Assembly (NCBI GenBank): GCA_002348345.1
Contig: DEAY01000476.1
Span: forward strand, 1 to 45,962
Length of the DNA: 45,962 nucleotides
DNA from: Verrucomicrobia bacterium UBA2970
Lineage (GTDB): Bacteria; Verrucomicrobiota; Verrucomicrobiia; Limisphaerales; AAA164-E04
Direction of reading: 5' to 3'
Part shown: positions 9,195 through 17,648 of the stretch, in pieces
Layout: every line of letters starts with the position of its first letter
Position numbering within the stretch: the stretch's first letter is position 1
Position numbers and translations under genes: made by a program
The notes under the pieces: generated by a model
The model's input: only the letters and a program-made list of their open reading frames with translations
The model's database searches: none
Told to the model about the DNA's origin: nothing

Positions 9195-10630
9195 CGGGAG
9201 TTCAGGTGCTCTCGATCAAAATGAGCCTTGAACCAAGCGTTCACGGGACGGGCTGAACTGGCGGGATGATAAGGTGCTTCGGTCTTGGGCAAAAGATCGC
9301 GGAAGGCACTCATATCGATGGCGGTGGATCCGGCGGCCAAGTTGGTCCAGGCATGCGGATCCCTCCCCAGCCGGTAATACTCCTCCTCGCCGTTTTCATA
9401 ACGAATATAGTGCTCCTCCCGGGACCGAAGGCTGTGATTTCCCCGGGCATAGGTCGTTCGGATCGCCTCACGCGTCCAGATCGTTTCCGGGTCCAGAAGC
9501 AACGGCACCAAACTCTCGCCCTCGAGCCCCGAAGGTTTGGGGACTCCAGCCAATTCACAAAGCGTAGGAAACAGGTCGATCAAGCCGACGGGCTGATCCA
9601 CCCGTTGTCCCGGACGTCCGAGGTCCGCGAGAATCACCAGAGGAACTCGTGTGGATTCAGGCCAGAGACTGTGCTTGGCCACCCGATTTTTCTCTCCAAG
9701 GTGATACCCATGGTCGGAGAAGAGCACGATCACGGTATCATCCGGCACGGCCTCGAGGACGCGCCCGATCTGGGAATCCACAAACGACGTACAGGCCAGG
9801 TAGGCTTGCACACAACGCCGCCACTGTGCGTTTTCATTCTCCTGCAAGAACGGCAGGTGGGGATACCTCGGCAATTCATGAATCGCACGCCCGATCTCGG
9901 GGACGTCTGCCAAATCATCCTCCGTGATCGGCGGAAGGGTGATTTCATCGAGCGGAAAAAGATCGAACCATGGTTGCGGCACATAGAACGGGACATGGGG
10001 TCGATGGAAGCCTACGGCAAGCAGGAAGGGCTCTGAGGGAGCCGACCGTAACATCTTGATCGCCCAGTCAGCGGTCACCACGTCAGGCATTTGAGAGGCC
10101 TCACCGGGAAAGGGAGCCCAATCGGTTTGAGTTCCGCTGAAGGGCTCGATGTCGGGTGGCTGATAGTGAAACCGATGGTCGTCCGGAGGCTTTGGCCCGG
10201 AGTTCCCACTCGGCCCCGCCACCTCGACCACAGCGGACAAGGGAATCCCATGGGTGATCTTTCCCACACCGAAGGTCCGGTATCCTTGCCTCGCAAAGTG
10301 CTGGGGCAGGAGGTGACCGACGAATCGATCTTTGTCTTGGGCTAACTCGCGCGTGGGCTGACCGTAGAGGCCCAAGCTGGACGGAAACCGTCCTGTCAGA
10401 AAGGACGCGCGGGAGGGCCCACACAGGGGGGCCTGACAGTGGGCATTGGTAAAGAGCGTTCCTCGTCCCGCCAAACGGTCGATGTGGGGAGTCCGGGCAT
10501 CTGGGTGCCCCTCCAAACAACCCACCCAATCGTTCAAGTCATCCACCACCAGCAGCAGCACATTGGGCCGTGCCTCGGCCATGAGGCCACCCCATATCAA
10601 AAAACCGCCCAGAACACACCATCGCATCAC
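9191..10630 (-). CDS. Sulfatase (S1 family, formylglycine-dependent), exported
   Basis: Signal peptide MMRWCVLGGFLIWGGLMAEA. Metal-site motif LLLVVDDLNDW. FGly motif C-G-P-S-R in APLCGPSRASFLTG. Later motif LFSDHGYHLGE. Confidence 0.9.
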   Translation of the reverse strand: MMRWCVLGGFLIWGGLMAEARPNVLLLVVDDLNDWVGCLEGHPDARTPHIDRLAGRGTLFTNAHCQAPLCGPSRASFLTGRFPSSLGLYGQPTRELAQDKDRFVGHLLPQHFARQGYRTFGVGKITHGIPLSAVVEVAGPSGNSGPKPPDDHRFHYQPPDIEPFSGTQTDWAPFPGEASQMPDVVTADWAIKMLRSAPSEPFLLAVGFHRPHVPFYVPQPWFDLFPLDEITLPPITEDDLADVPEIGRAIHELPRYPHLPFLQENENAQWRRCVQAYLACTSFVDSQIGRVLEAVPDDTVIVLFSDHGYHLGEKNRVAKHSLWPESTRVPLVILADLGRPGQRVDQPVGLIDLFPTLCELAGVPKPSGLEGESLVPLLLDPETIWTREAIRTTYARGNHSLRSREEHYIRYENGEEEYYRLGRDPHAWTNLAAGSTAIDMSAFRDLLPKTEAPYHPASSARPVNAWFKAHFDREHLNSR

Positions 10631-10781
10631 CTGCCCGGTCTACGCAAAAACCGAGACCTTGAACAGCCTGGATTATTGACGAGGCGCGGCGGAGATACCA
10701 ACGCATTCCCTTTCGCCAAGCGGTCCTAAAGGCTCGACGCCGGATCCCATCTTGTTAGGATCCGCCCATTCCATTTCAACC

Positions 10782-12383
10782 ATGAAAAGTCGAATCGCCA
10801 TCCTTGCCTTTCTCATCAGCCTCACGCTTGGTCTCACCCGAGCCGCCGACGCTCGTCCCAATATTCTCTTCGTCTTCACCGACGACCATGCACCCCACGC
10901 GATCGGGGCCTACAGTGACTGGTTGAAAAACGTCAACCCGACCCCCAACATCGACCAGCTCGCCCAGGAGGGAATGCTTTTCGAAAACAGCTTCTGCTCG
11001 AATTCGATCTGTGGTCCGAGTCGTGCCGTCATCCTATCCGGAAAGCATAGTCACAAGAACGGGTTCATGAACAACGGCAACAGTTTTGACTGGAACCAGC
11101 AGATCTTTCCCAAGATTCTCCAGAAGGCGGGCTATCAAACGGCGATTTATGGCAAAAGCCATCTCAAGGGACGCCCGCAGGGATTTGATGACTGGGCCGT
11201 CCTTCCCGGTCAGGGTCTCTACTACAATCCTGATCTGATCTTCCCGGACGGTCGACGGAGAATCGACGGCTATTGCACCGACATCGTCACTGATCTTGCC
11301 GTCGACTGGCTCAAGGAGGGGCGAGCCAAGGATCGGCCGTTCATGCTGATGGTCCAACACAAGGCCCCTCATCGCAACTGGATGCCCGCGCTTCGGCACC
11401 TCGATCTTTACGACGACATCACGATCCCCGAGCCCGAAACGCTTTTTGACCGATACGAAGACAATGCCCCGCCAGCCCGGTATCAGGAACTTGAGGTCGA
11501 CCGCCACATGGACCTCAACTACGATCTCTTTGTCGATCTGACGCCCGAATTCAATCAACCGCCCTCACAAAAACGCCAGGATCGTTCCGCCTGGAGCAAC
11601 ATGAAACGGATGTCTCCCGATCAACTCGGGGCCTGGCGCGCGGCATATGCCCCCAAGGACGAGGCCTTTCACGCAGCCAATCCCTCGGGAAAGGATCTCG
11701 TCCGCTGGAAATTCCAACGTTATGCCAAGAACTATCTGCGTTGCATCAAAGGAGTCGATGAAAGCATCGGCCGGCTCAGAACCACTCTCCAAGAGCTGGG
11801 ACTTGCCGAAAACACCGTGGTGATCTACTCCTCGGACCAGGGATTCTACGTCGGTGATCACGGTTGGTACGACAAGCGGTGGATGTATGAGGAATCCCTC
11901 AAAATGCCCTTCATCATCAAGTGGCCCGGGGTCACGGCCGAGGGTTCCCGCAGTCGTGCCCTGATTCAGAATCTTGATTACGCGGAAACCTTCCTGGAAA
12001 TGGCCGGCGCTCCCATTCCGAGTGATATGCAGGGGAAATCGCTTGTGCCCCTGCTCCAGGGAAGAACGCCGGCGAACTGGCGTCGCAGCATCTACTACCA
12101 CTATTACGAATACCCGAGCGTTCACATGGTTCCCCGCCACTACGGAATCCGGACCGAACGGTACAAGCTCATCCACTTTTATCAATTCGGCGAGGAATGG
12201 GAGCTCTACGATTTGAAGACCGACCCCGACGAACTGACCAATCTCTACGGCCGGACTCCCTTTTCAGATCTCACCTTCGACCTCAAGAACCAGCTCGTCG
12301 CCCTCCAGCAACATTACGAGGATGACAGCGACGTTCGAGAAATGCCGGACGAGTGGCAACGCCGAATGCGAAACCAGCCTTAG
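10782..12383 (+). CDS. Sulfatase (S1 family, formylglycine-dependent), exported
   Basis: Signal peptide MKSRIAILAFLISLTLGLTRAADA begins at the ATG at 10782; the ORF-track start at 10752 is an upstream alternative. Motifs: ILFVFTDDHAP, SICGPSRAVILSGKH, YSSDQGFYVGDHGWYDKR. Confidence 0.9.
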   Translation: MKSRIAILAFLISLTLGLTRAADARPNILFVFTDDHAPHAIGAYSDWLKNVNPTPNIDQLAQEGMLFENSFCSNSICGPSRAVILSGKHSHKNGFMNNGNSFDWNQQIFPKILQKAGYQTAIYGKSHLKGRPQGFDDWAVLPGQGLYYNPDLIFPDGRRRIDGYCTDIVTDLAVDWLKEGRAKDRPFMLMVQHKAPHRNWMPALRHLDLYDDITIPEPETLFDRYEDNAPPARYQELEVDRHMDLNYDLFVDLTPEFNQPPSQKRQDRSAWSNMKRMSPDQLGAWRAAYAPKDEAFHAANPSGKDLVRWKFQRYAKNYLRCIKGVDESIGRLRTTLQELGLAENTVVIYSSDQGFYVGDHGWYDKRWMYEESLKMPFIIKWPGVTAEGSRSRALIQNLDYAETFLEMAGAPIPSDMQGKSLVPLLQGRTPANWRRSIYYHYYEYPSVHMVPRHYGIRTERYKLIHFYQFGEEWELYDLKTDPDELTNLYGRTPFSDLTFDLKNQLVALQQHYEDDSDVREMPDEWQRRMRNQP

Positions 12384-12654
12384 CAGGCATATGGAAACCC
12401 ACCAGGGTAAATCGTCACCGAGATCGTCTTCGACTCGAGACTCGTGAAGTCGGGCTCTTCGGGAAGTCCCCCTCCATCGATCGGACCCCCATCCGCTCAA
12501 TGGGCCCGACCGACCGCTCTCCCTTGTCGGCCATTCAGAAGAAAGCGCCGAGCCCCGTCCACGGACCTCGACCGAGAGGGTTGATCTGAAGGGCCCCATT
12601 TTCGAGGTTTGCCTTCGCCATCCTCTGGTGTACAATCCTTTCTCGTTAGCCCCC

Positions 12655-13449
12655 ATGCAACCCGCATTTAAAAGCATTCGCACCAGAGTCCTTGGCGGAG
12701 ACCTCCTCACCGGCACCTTCATCAATTTGGGATCGAGCATCACCACCGAGATTGCGGGACGCAGTGGACTGGATTGGTTGCTGATCGACATGGAACATGG
12801 GGCCACCGACGATCAATCGCTGGTGCATCAAATCCAGGCAACCAGTGCAACGCCAGCCGTGCCCATTGTTCGCGTGGCCAATTACGATCCAGGTCGCTTC
12901 AAGCGCATTCTTGATCTAGGGGCCTCAGGCGTCATGGTGCCTTGGGTCAGCACGGTGGCGGAAGCAAAGCTGGTCGTCTCTGCGATGCGTTATCCCCCGG
13001 AAGGAATCAGGGGCGTGGCCAAACTCAACCGCGCCTCCGGGTTCGGGCGGGACTTCGAGAGCTACTTTGCCCATGCGAACCGGAGCCTTCTCACCATCGT
13101 TCAGATCGAACAGATGGAAGCCCTTGAAGTCGTCGATCAAATTGCCGCAGTGGATGGGGTAGACGTCTTGTTTCTTGGCCCCATGGACATGACGGTCAGC
13201 ATGGGGATTCCTCAGCAATACAGCCATCCCGACTACATCGCCGCACGGCGAAAGGTGGTCACCGCCGCCCGAAATGCAGGCAAAGCCGCTGGAATCCTTC
13301 TGCTCGACCCCGCTCAGCTCAAGGACACGATTGATCTCGGTTACTCCTTTGTGGCTCTCGGATCGGATGGAGGCATCGTTTCTAACGGTTACCGACAACT
13401 GGTTCGGGAATTCGATCGGTATCGCGGGCCCGAGCCCCTCTCTCCTTAA
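12655..13449 (+). CDS. HpcH/HpaI-family class II aldolase (2-keto-3-deoxy-acid aldolase type)
   Basis: From the ATG at 12655 the N-terminus MQPAFKSIR..LTGTFINLGSSITTEIAGRSGLDWLLIDMEHGA lines up with the HpcH/HpaI pattern (..GLDWLLID.EH). The family-typical IVRV, GVMVPWV and DVLFLGPMDM segments follow. Confidence 0.85.
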   Translation: MQPAFKSIRTRVLGGDLLTGTFINLGSSITTEIAGRSGLDWLLIDMEHGATDDQSLVHQIQATSATPAVPIVRVANYDPGRFKRILDLGASGVMVPWVSTVAEAKLVVSAMRYPPEGIRGVAKLNRASGFGRDFESYFAHANRSLLTIVQIEQMEALEVVDQIAAVDGVDVLFLGPMDMTVSMGIPQQYSHPDYIAARRKVVTAARNAGKAAGILLLDPAQLKDTIDLGYSFVALGSDGGIVSNGYRQLVREFDRYRGPEPLSP

Positions 13450-14519
13450 GGGGACTCGACCCCCAGTCGCTCGATCTCCAACGAGTCGGCCATCGCATCA
13501 AGCTCTCGAATCACTCGATCCTCGATCAGGATGCCCTCTGCCTGACGCTGCACCATTTTGCGATGTTCCGGCTCGCCGGGCACCATCAATTCGCTGACCC
13601 CGTCCCGGCGGGGGGCGGATTTCATCAAACGAACCAGTTCGTCAATCCGTTCGTGGAATTCAGCCAAAGGCATGAAGGCCTCCACATTGATCGCCAACAT
13701 GAAGTGGGAAACGCCGACCGGTTCCTCGCTCTTTAGCCCTCGAGTCTGGTTGGCAAACTGCCCTCCACTCAACACCCCCGAGAGAACATCCATCATCAAG
13801 GCAAGACCGAACCCCTTGTGTCCCGCAATTGGCAGGAGGGTTCCCCCACCCACGAATCCCTGATAGGGATCGTCCGTGGGATTCCCCTCCGAATCCAGGG
13901 CCCAGCCCAGCGGGATCTTCTCACCTCGACCATGAGCCAGCATCAGATTCCATGCGGCGACCACGCTCAATGCAATGTCCAGGGTCAGCGGCGCCTTGAG
14001 TCGGGACGGCACGCCAATCGACAACGGATTATTGCCGACCCGACGGGCAGCCCCTCCTTTGGGAGGCATCAGTGGAGCCGTATTGGTTGTCGTCATGCCA
14101 ATCATGCCCGCTTCGGCCGCCATCAGCGCATATTCCGCTGCCGCCCCATAGTGATTGCTATGCCGGACCGTCACCACGCCCAAATCGTGATCCCTCGCCT
14201 TGTCGATCGCCCTCTGCATCGCTTCATGCGCCACATACTGCCCCAAGGCATTACGGCCATCAAATACGGCCGTCGTGGCGCTCTCACGGATCAATTCAGG
14301 TGCCGATCGGGCGTCCATCAGCCCTTTCTGAACCCGACTGACATAGAGGGGAAGCCGCACAATCCCGTGGGTATCGACCCCCCGAAGATCAGCGCCGATC
14401 AAATGCCTGGCCGTTTTTCGAGCGGCATCCTCTGTCGCCCCGCAGGCCAGGAACGCCCTGGCAGTGAAATCGATCACCCGCGTGACCTCAAACCGTTTTC
14501 CTTCAACTGGATGCCCCAT
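13446..14519 (-). CDS. Ldh_2-family (type-2 malate/L-lactate/sulfolactate) 2-hydroxyacid dehydrogenase, ComC-like
   Basis: Motifs: GVDTHGIVRLPLY, VTVRHSNHYGAAAEYA, GNNPLSIGVP, GHKGFGLALMMDVL. The Met at 14519 is preferred because the longer ORF (to 14636) would run through the upstream gene's 3' end. The stop overlaps the aldolase stop (TTAA). Confidence 0.85.
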   Translation of the reverse strand: MGHPVEGKRFEVTRVIDFTARAFLACGATEDAARKTARHLIGADLRGVDTHGIVRLPLYVSRVQKGLMDARSAPELIRESATTAVFDGRNALGQYVAHEAMQRAIDKARDHDLGVVTVRHSNHYGAAAEYALMAAEAGMIGMTTTNTAPLMPPKGGAARRVGNNPLSIGVPSRLKAPLTLDIALSVVAAWNLMLAHGRGEKIPLGWALDSEGNPTDDPYQGFVGGGTLLPIAGHKGFGLALMMDVLSGVLSGGQFANQTRGLKSEEPVGVSHFMLAINVEAFMPLAEFHERIDELVRLMKSAPRRDGVSELMVPGEPEHRKMVQRQAEGILIEDRVIRELDAMADSLEIERLGVESP

Positions 14520-14530
14520 GCTCGACCTTT

Positions 14531-15109
14531 CTATCCCTCGTCTTTTTCCGCCAACGCCACTTTCAATCGCCAGGCACGGTCTCGCATTGGATCGGCTGGC
14601 TTCGGAGGGCCTTCCTGATCCCTCTTCAGTTTCCAAATATGCACGACCGGCCCGGGAGCGCCCAGCAACTCGGGGAGGGCCTCTTCAAACGATGCCTCAT
14701 CGCCGATCTCTCTCACAGAGGTCAATCCAGCAGCCCGGGCAAGCGCAGCAAACGAGAATCGACCGAAAGCGGGCAGCAACTGGTTTCCCGTGACCTCGTA
14801 GCGACCGTTTTCGGTGATCACCAAGGCCAAGTTGGAAAGAGGACGCTGTGCCATGGTGACCAGGGTACCCAGGCACATGAGCATGGACCCATCGCCATTG
14901 AGGGTAATCACCCGGCGTTGCGGCTGCGCCATCGCCAATCCGTAGGCAAAGTCGGCGGCATGACCCATGGCGCTATTCGCCGAAGCGAAATCCAGGGGAT
15001 GGTTGGACCAGCGCTCCCAAGGCACCACCACGCTCATCGTGGTAATCACGACCTCATCCTGCCGAGCCGCCGCCAATCGTTCCAAGCAATCGTCTTTCTC
15101 CAGCATCAC
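14531..15109 (-). CDS. comE: TPP-dependent decarboxylase beta subunit (sulfopyruvate decarboxylase ComE-like; TPP-binding C-terminal domain)
   Basis: The TPP motif GDGSMLMCLGTLVT...LVITENGRYEVTGNQ closely mirrors archaeal ComE as I recall it (GDGSLLMNLGSL...VLDNGAYGSTGNQ). 192 aa. ATGA overlap with the alpha subunit gene. Confidence 0.8.
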   Translation of the reverse strand: MMLEKDDCLERLAAARQDEVVITTMSVVVPWERWSNHPLDFASANSAMGHAADFAYGLAMAQPQRRVITLNGDGSMLMCLGTLVTMAQRPLSNLALVITENGRYEVTGNQLLPAFGRFSFAALARAAGLTSVREIGDEASFEEALPELLGAPGPVVHIWKLKRDQEGPPKPADPMRDRAWRLKVALAEKDEG

Positions 15110-15612
15110 TCCGTGGTTTCTCCTGGATAGAGGATGGCCGCGGGAAGACTCCGTTCCCTCGCCACCGCCATCGCCTCATTAAAGCGGGCCAGTTCGTCAT
15201 GCCCGGTCACCATCCAATAAGGGATATCCCAAGCCTTCAATGTCGGTTCCAGAAAACTGGCGGCCGTGTCGACCCGTCCCGGTCCTCGCCCCAGCGACTC
15301 GTAGCCCCGATAGCCAACCAGCATCAGAACCGGAAAGCCCATGTTATACAAGGTCCCTCGAAAGGCATCCCCCGATTCAAGCAGTCCCGTGTTCTGAACC
15401 AAAACCAGCGGTTGGCATCCCCCCGCAAAGAGCCCCGCGGCCACCGCGAACGCTTCGCCCTCCCGCGTCACGCCAACCACCTCAATGCCCGAGTCTTGAT
15501 CGAGAAGAGCGAACAGAGCCCGCGATCCGTTATCGGGCAATCCCACGACATGGGTCACTTCCAATTCGCGGAATTTCTCGAGAACCCGTTTGGCTGCCAA
15601 TGCTCCCATCAT
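15106..15612 (-). CDS. comD: TPP-dependent decarboxylase alpha subunit (sulfopyruvate decarboxylase ComD-like; pyrimidine-binding N-terminal domain)
   Basis: VTREGEAFAVAAGLFAGGCQPLVLVQNTGL resembles ComD as I recall it ([28 protein letters not shown]). 168 aa. Its start codon directly abuts the tctA stop (TAAATG). Confidence 0.8.
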   Translation of the reverse strand: MMGALAAKRVLEKFRELEVTHVVGLPDNGSRALFALLDQDSGIEVVGVTREGEAFAVAAGLFAGGCQPLVLVQNTGLLESGDAFRGTLYNMGFPVLMLVGYRGYESLGRGPGRVDTAASFLEPTLKAWDIPYWMVTGHDELARFNEAMAVARERSLPAAILYPGETTE

Positions 15613-17127
15613 TTAATTTCCTGATGTCGCTTTCGGGCGCGACGTCCACCAGGCCCGCAACTGGCCCCCAATGGTCACGAAGAGAATGAGCAATAGCAGG
15701 AGGCTAGCGGGCGATTTAATCATCGTCATCCAATCACCGGAATGGGTCTGGAGGGCCCGCCTCAGGGAAAGATCAGCGATCCCCCCCACGAGAATGCCAA
15801 GCACCATGGGAGCCAAGGGAAAGCCCCGCTGTCGAAGGATGAAACCCAGAACACCAAACCCAACCATTGAATAGATATCAAAGCGCGTGAATCCCGCAGC
15901 CCACGCCCCCAACACGCCAAGGGACGCGGCGATGGGGAGAAGGATCTCCCGGGGGCTTGAGAGAATGCGTAGAAAGTAGGGGGATAGCACCACGGCTCCC
16001 GCCGCCGTGCCGACGGCAGCCAGCCAAAACAGGACCACGATCCGAGCCACCAAACCGGGTTCATCAATCATCAACATCGGGCCGGGTCGAAACCCATAAA
16101 TGAAGAGCGCAGCGATCAGAATCGCCGTCGGACCACTTCCGGGAATCCCGAAGACCAGAGATGGAATCAAGGCCCCTCCCGCCGTTCCGCTGTTGGCCGC
16201 CTCGGCGGCAACGACCCCCTCCACCGCGCCTTTGCCAAAAGAGTCCTTCCTCTTGCTTCCCCGCTTCGCCAAATCATAACTGGCCCAACAGGCAGCTGAT
16301 TCCCCCACCCCCGGAACAATGCCGATCCCCACCGCCACGAGCACCGAACGGACCAGGTTGCGCGCCTGCCGATAGAGGAGTCGAAAATCTATCCAAATCC
16401 GACCCGATTCTCCCTTGATTTGATACGGCGCCTTCTGCTTCAGCACCTGCAACACTTCGGACAAGCCAAACAAGCCAATCAAGGCCGGAACAAATTCAAA
16501 GCCTCGGTTCATTTCGTCGGTATAACCAAAGCGAGGGTGCCCCCAGATCTCCTCCATTCCCACCATCGCAATGATCAGCCCAAAAACTGCTGCCAGCCAT
16601 CCCTTGAGCGGACTCTTTCCCGCAAGGGCACCCGCCAGGGTGACCCCGATGAGCGCAACCAGGAAGATTTCCCAATCGCCGAGTTTGAGCGCAATGACGG
16701 CGATGAACGGAAGCAAAAGGAGGGTGAGGAATTCACCCAGCACCGCCCCCGCGAAGGAAGCGCTGAAGGACGCCTGAATCGCTTCTCGCGCACGACCCTG
16801 GGTGGCCATGGGAAACCCATCCACCCCCGTTGCCGCCGCTGCGGGAGTTCCGGGAATGTTCACCAGAATGGCGGTCACCCCCCCGGACGCCATGGCTCCC
16901 ACATAGATTGCAATCAACAACCCAAGCCCAACCTCCACGGGCGCCTTGAAGACCAAGCCGACGAGCAGGGACATCGCCATCACGGCGGAGATTCCCGGCA
17001 ACATTCCAAAGATGAGCCCCATAACGCTGCCCACGAGGACGGCCAACAGGAGGCCGGGCGACACCAACACCTCCCCGGCCACTCCCGGTAACGCCCTCCA
17101 TTCCTGCCAAACCAAGGCCCAGTCCAT
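15613..17127 (-). CDS. tctA: Tripartite tricarboxylate transporter (TTT) large permease, TctA family
   Basis: 504-aa polytopic, Gly/Ala/Leu-rich membrane protein. It sits directly downstream of TctB- and TctC-type genes. Size and pattern (PGISAVMAM..., GIPGSGPTAILIA) are typical of TctA. Confidence 0.85.
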   Translation of the reverse strand: MDWALVWQEWRALPGVAGEVLVSPGLLLAVLVGSVMGLIFGMLPGISAVMAMSLLVGLVFKAPVEVGLGLLIAIYVGAMASGGVTAILVNIPGTPAAAATGVDGFPMATQGRAREAIQASFSASFAGAVLGEFLTLLLLPFIAVIALKLGDWEIFLVALIGVTLAGALAGKSPLKGWLAAVFGLIIAMVGMEEIWGHPRFGYTDEMNRGFEFVPALIGLFGLSEVLQVLKQKAPYQIKGESGRIWIDFRLLYRQARNLVRSVLVAVGIGIVPGVGESAACWASYDLAKRGSKRKDSFGKGAVEGVVAAEAANSGTAGGALIPSLVFGIPGSGPTAILIAALFIYGFRPGPMLMIDEPGLVARIVVLFWLAAVGTAAGAVVLSPYFLRILSSPREILLPIAASLGVLGAWAAGFTRFDIYSMVGFGVLGFILRQRGFPLAPMVLGILVGGIADLSLRRALQTHSGDWMTMIKSPASLLLLLILFVTIGGQLRAWWTSRPKATSGN

Positions 17128-17133
17128 TGTGCT

Positions 17134-17610
17134 CTATTCGATCTCGGGCAAAGGCATCTCAAACAAACGAGGGAGCAAAACGGCAACGAACAGAGTGGCT
17201 CCGATCGAAACCCCCAGCCATTTCAACCATCCCCCGATCCGCAAATACCCGAAGATGGTCCCGTGAAAAACCAAGGTCGCCCAGAAGAAGCCCATCCTAC
17301 CAACGAGGCCGACCGTGTAGACCAATACGATCGCCAGCAACACCATGAGTCGCTTATTCTCCGGGTTCGTTCGGAGATCGCGAAACCAGCCCGCCCAGTT
17401 TTGCCAAGCGCCCGCAAGTCCGGCCCTGATGCCGTAAACGACGCCAAGCAAGGAAAGGGCAACCCCGGTCAGGAGCGGCACGAATCCTGGAGCGAGAAAA
17501 AACGTCTCCCTCTCCCAATAAGGCATTCGCAGAGCCTCGACACCGACCACAGCACCAAACAGCACAAAGGCCACCCCCAGCAGTAGATCTCCGTTTTGGC
17601 GATCCTCCAT
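17134..17610 (-). CDS. tctB: TTT small membrane subunit, TctB family
   Basis: 158-aa protein with four hydrophobic segments, lying between the tctC-like and tctA-like genes with a 6-nt gap to tctA. Confidence 0.75.
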   Translation of the reverse strand: MEDRQNGDLLLGVAFVLFGAVVGVEALRMPYWERETFFLAPGFVPLLTGVALSLLGVVYGIRAGLAGAWQNWAGWFRDLRTNPENKRLMVLLAIVLVYTVGLVGRMGFFWATLVFHGTIFGYLRIGGWLKWLGVSIGATLFVAVLLPRLFEMPLPEIE

Positions 17611-17648
17611 ATTCGATCAAGCAATCGACTCGCGGCCCATGGAGCGAC

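Noticed and set aside
12619-12636. Possible promoter -10 element (TGGTGTACAAT) upstream of the aldolase gene
   Set aside because: It lies only about 20 nt before the ATG. I could find no matching -35 element, and the TG is mis-spaced for an extended -10. The evidence is too weak to annotate.
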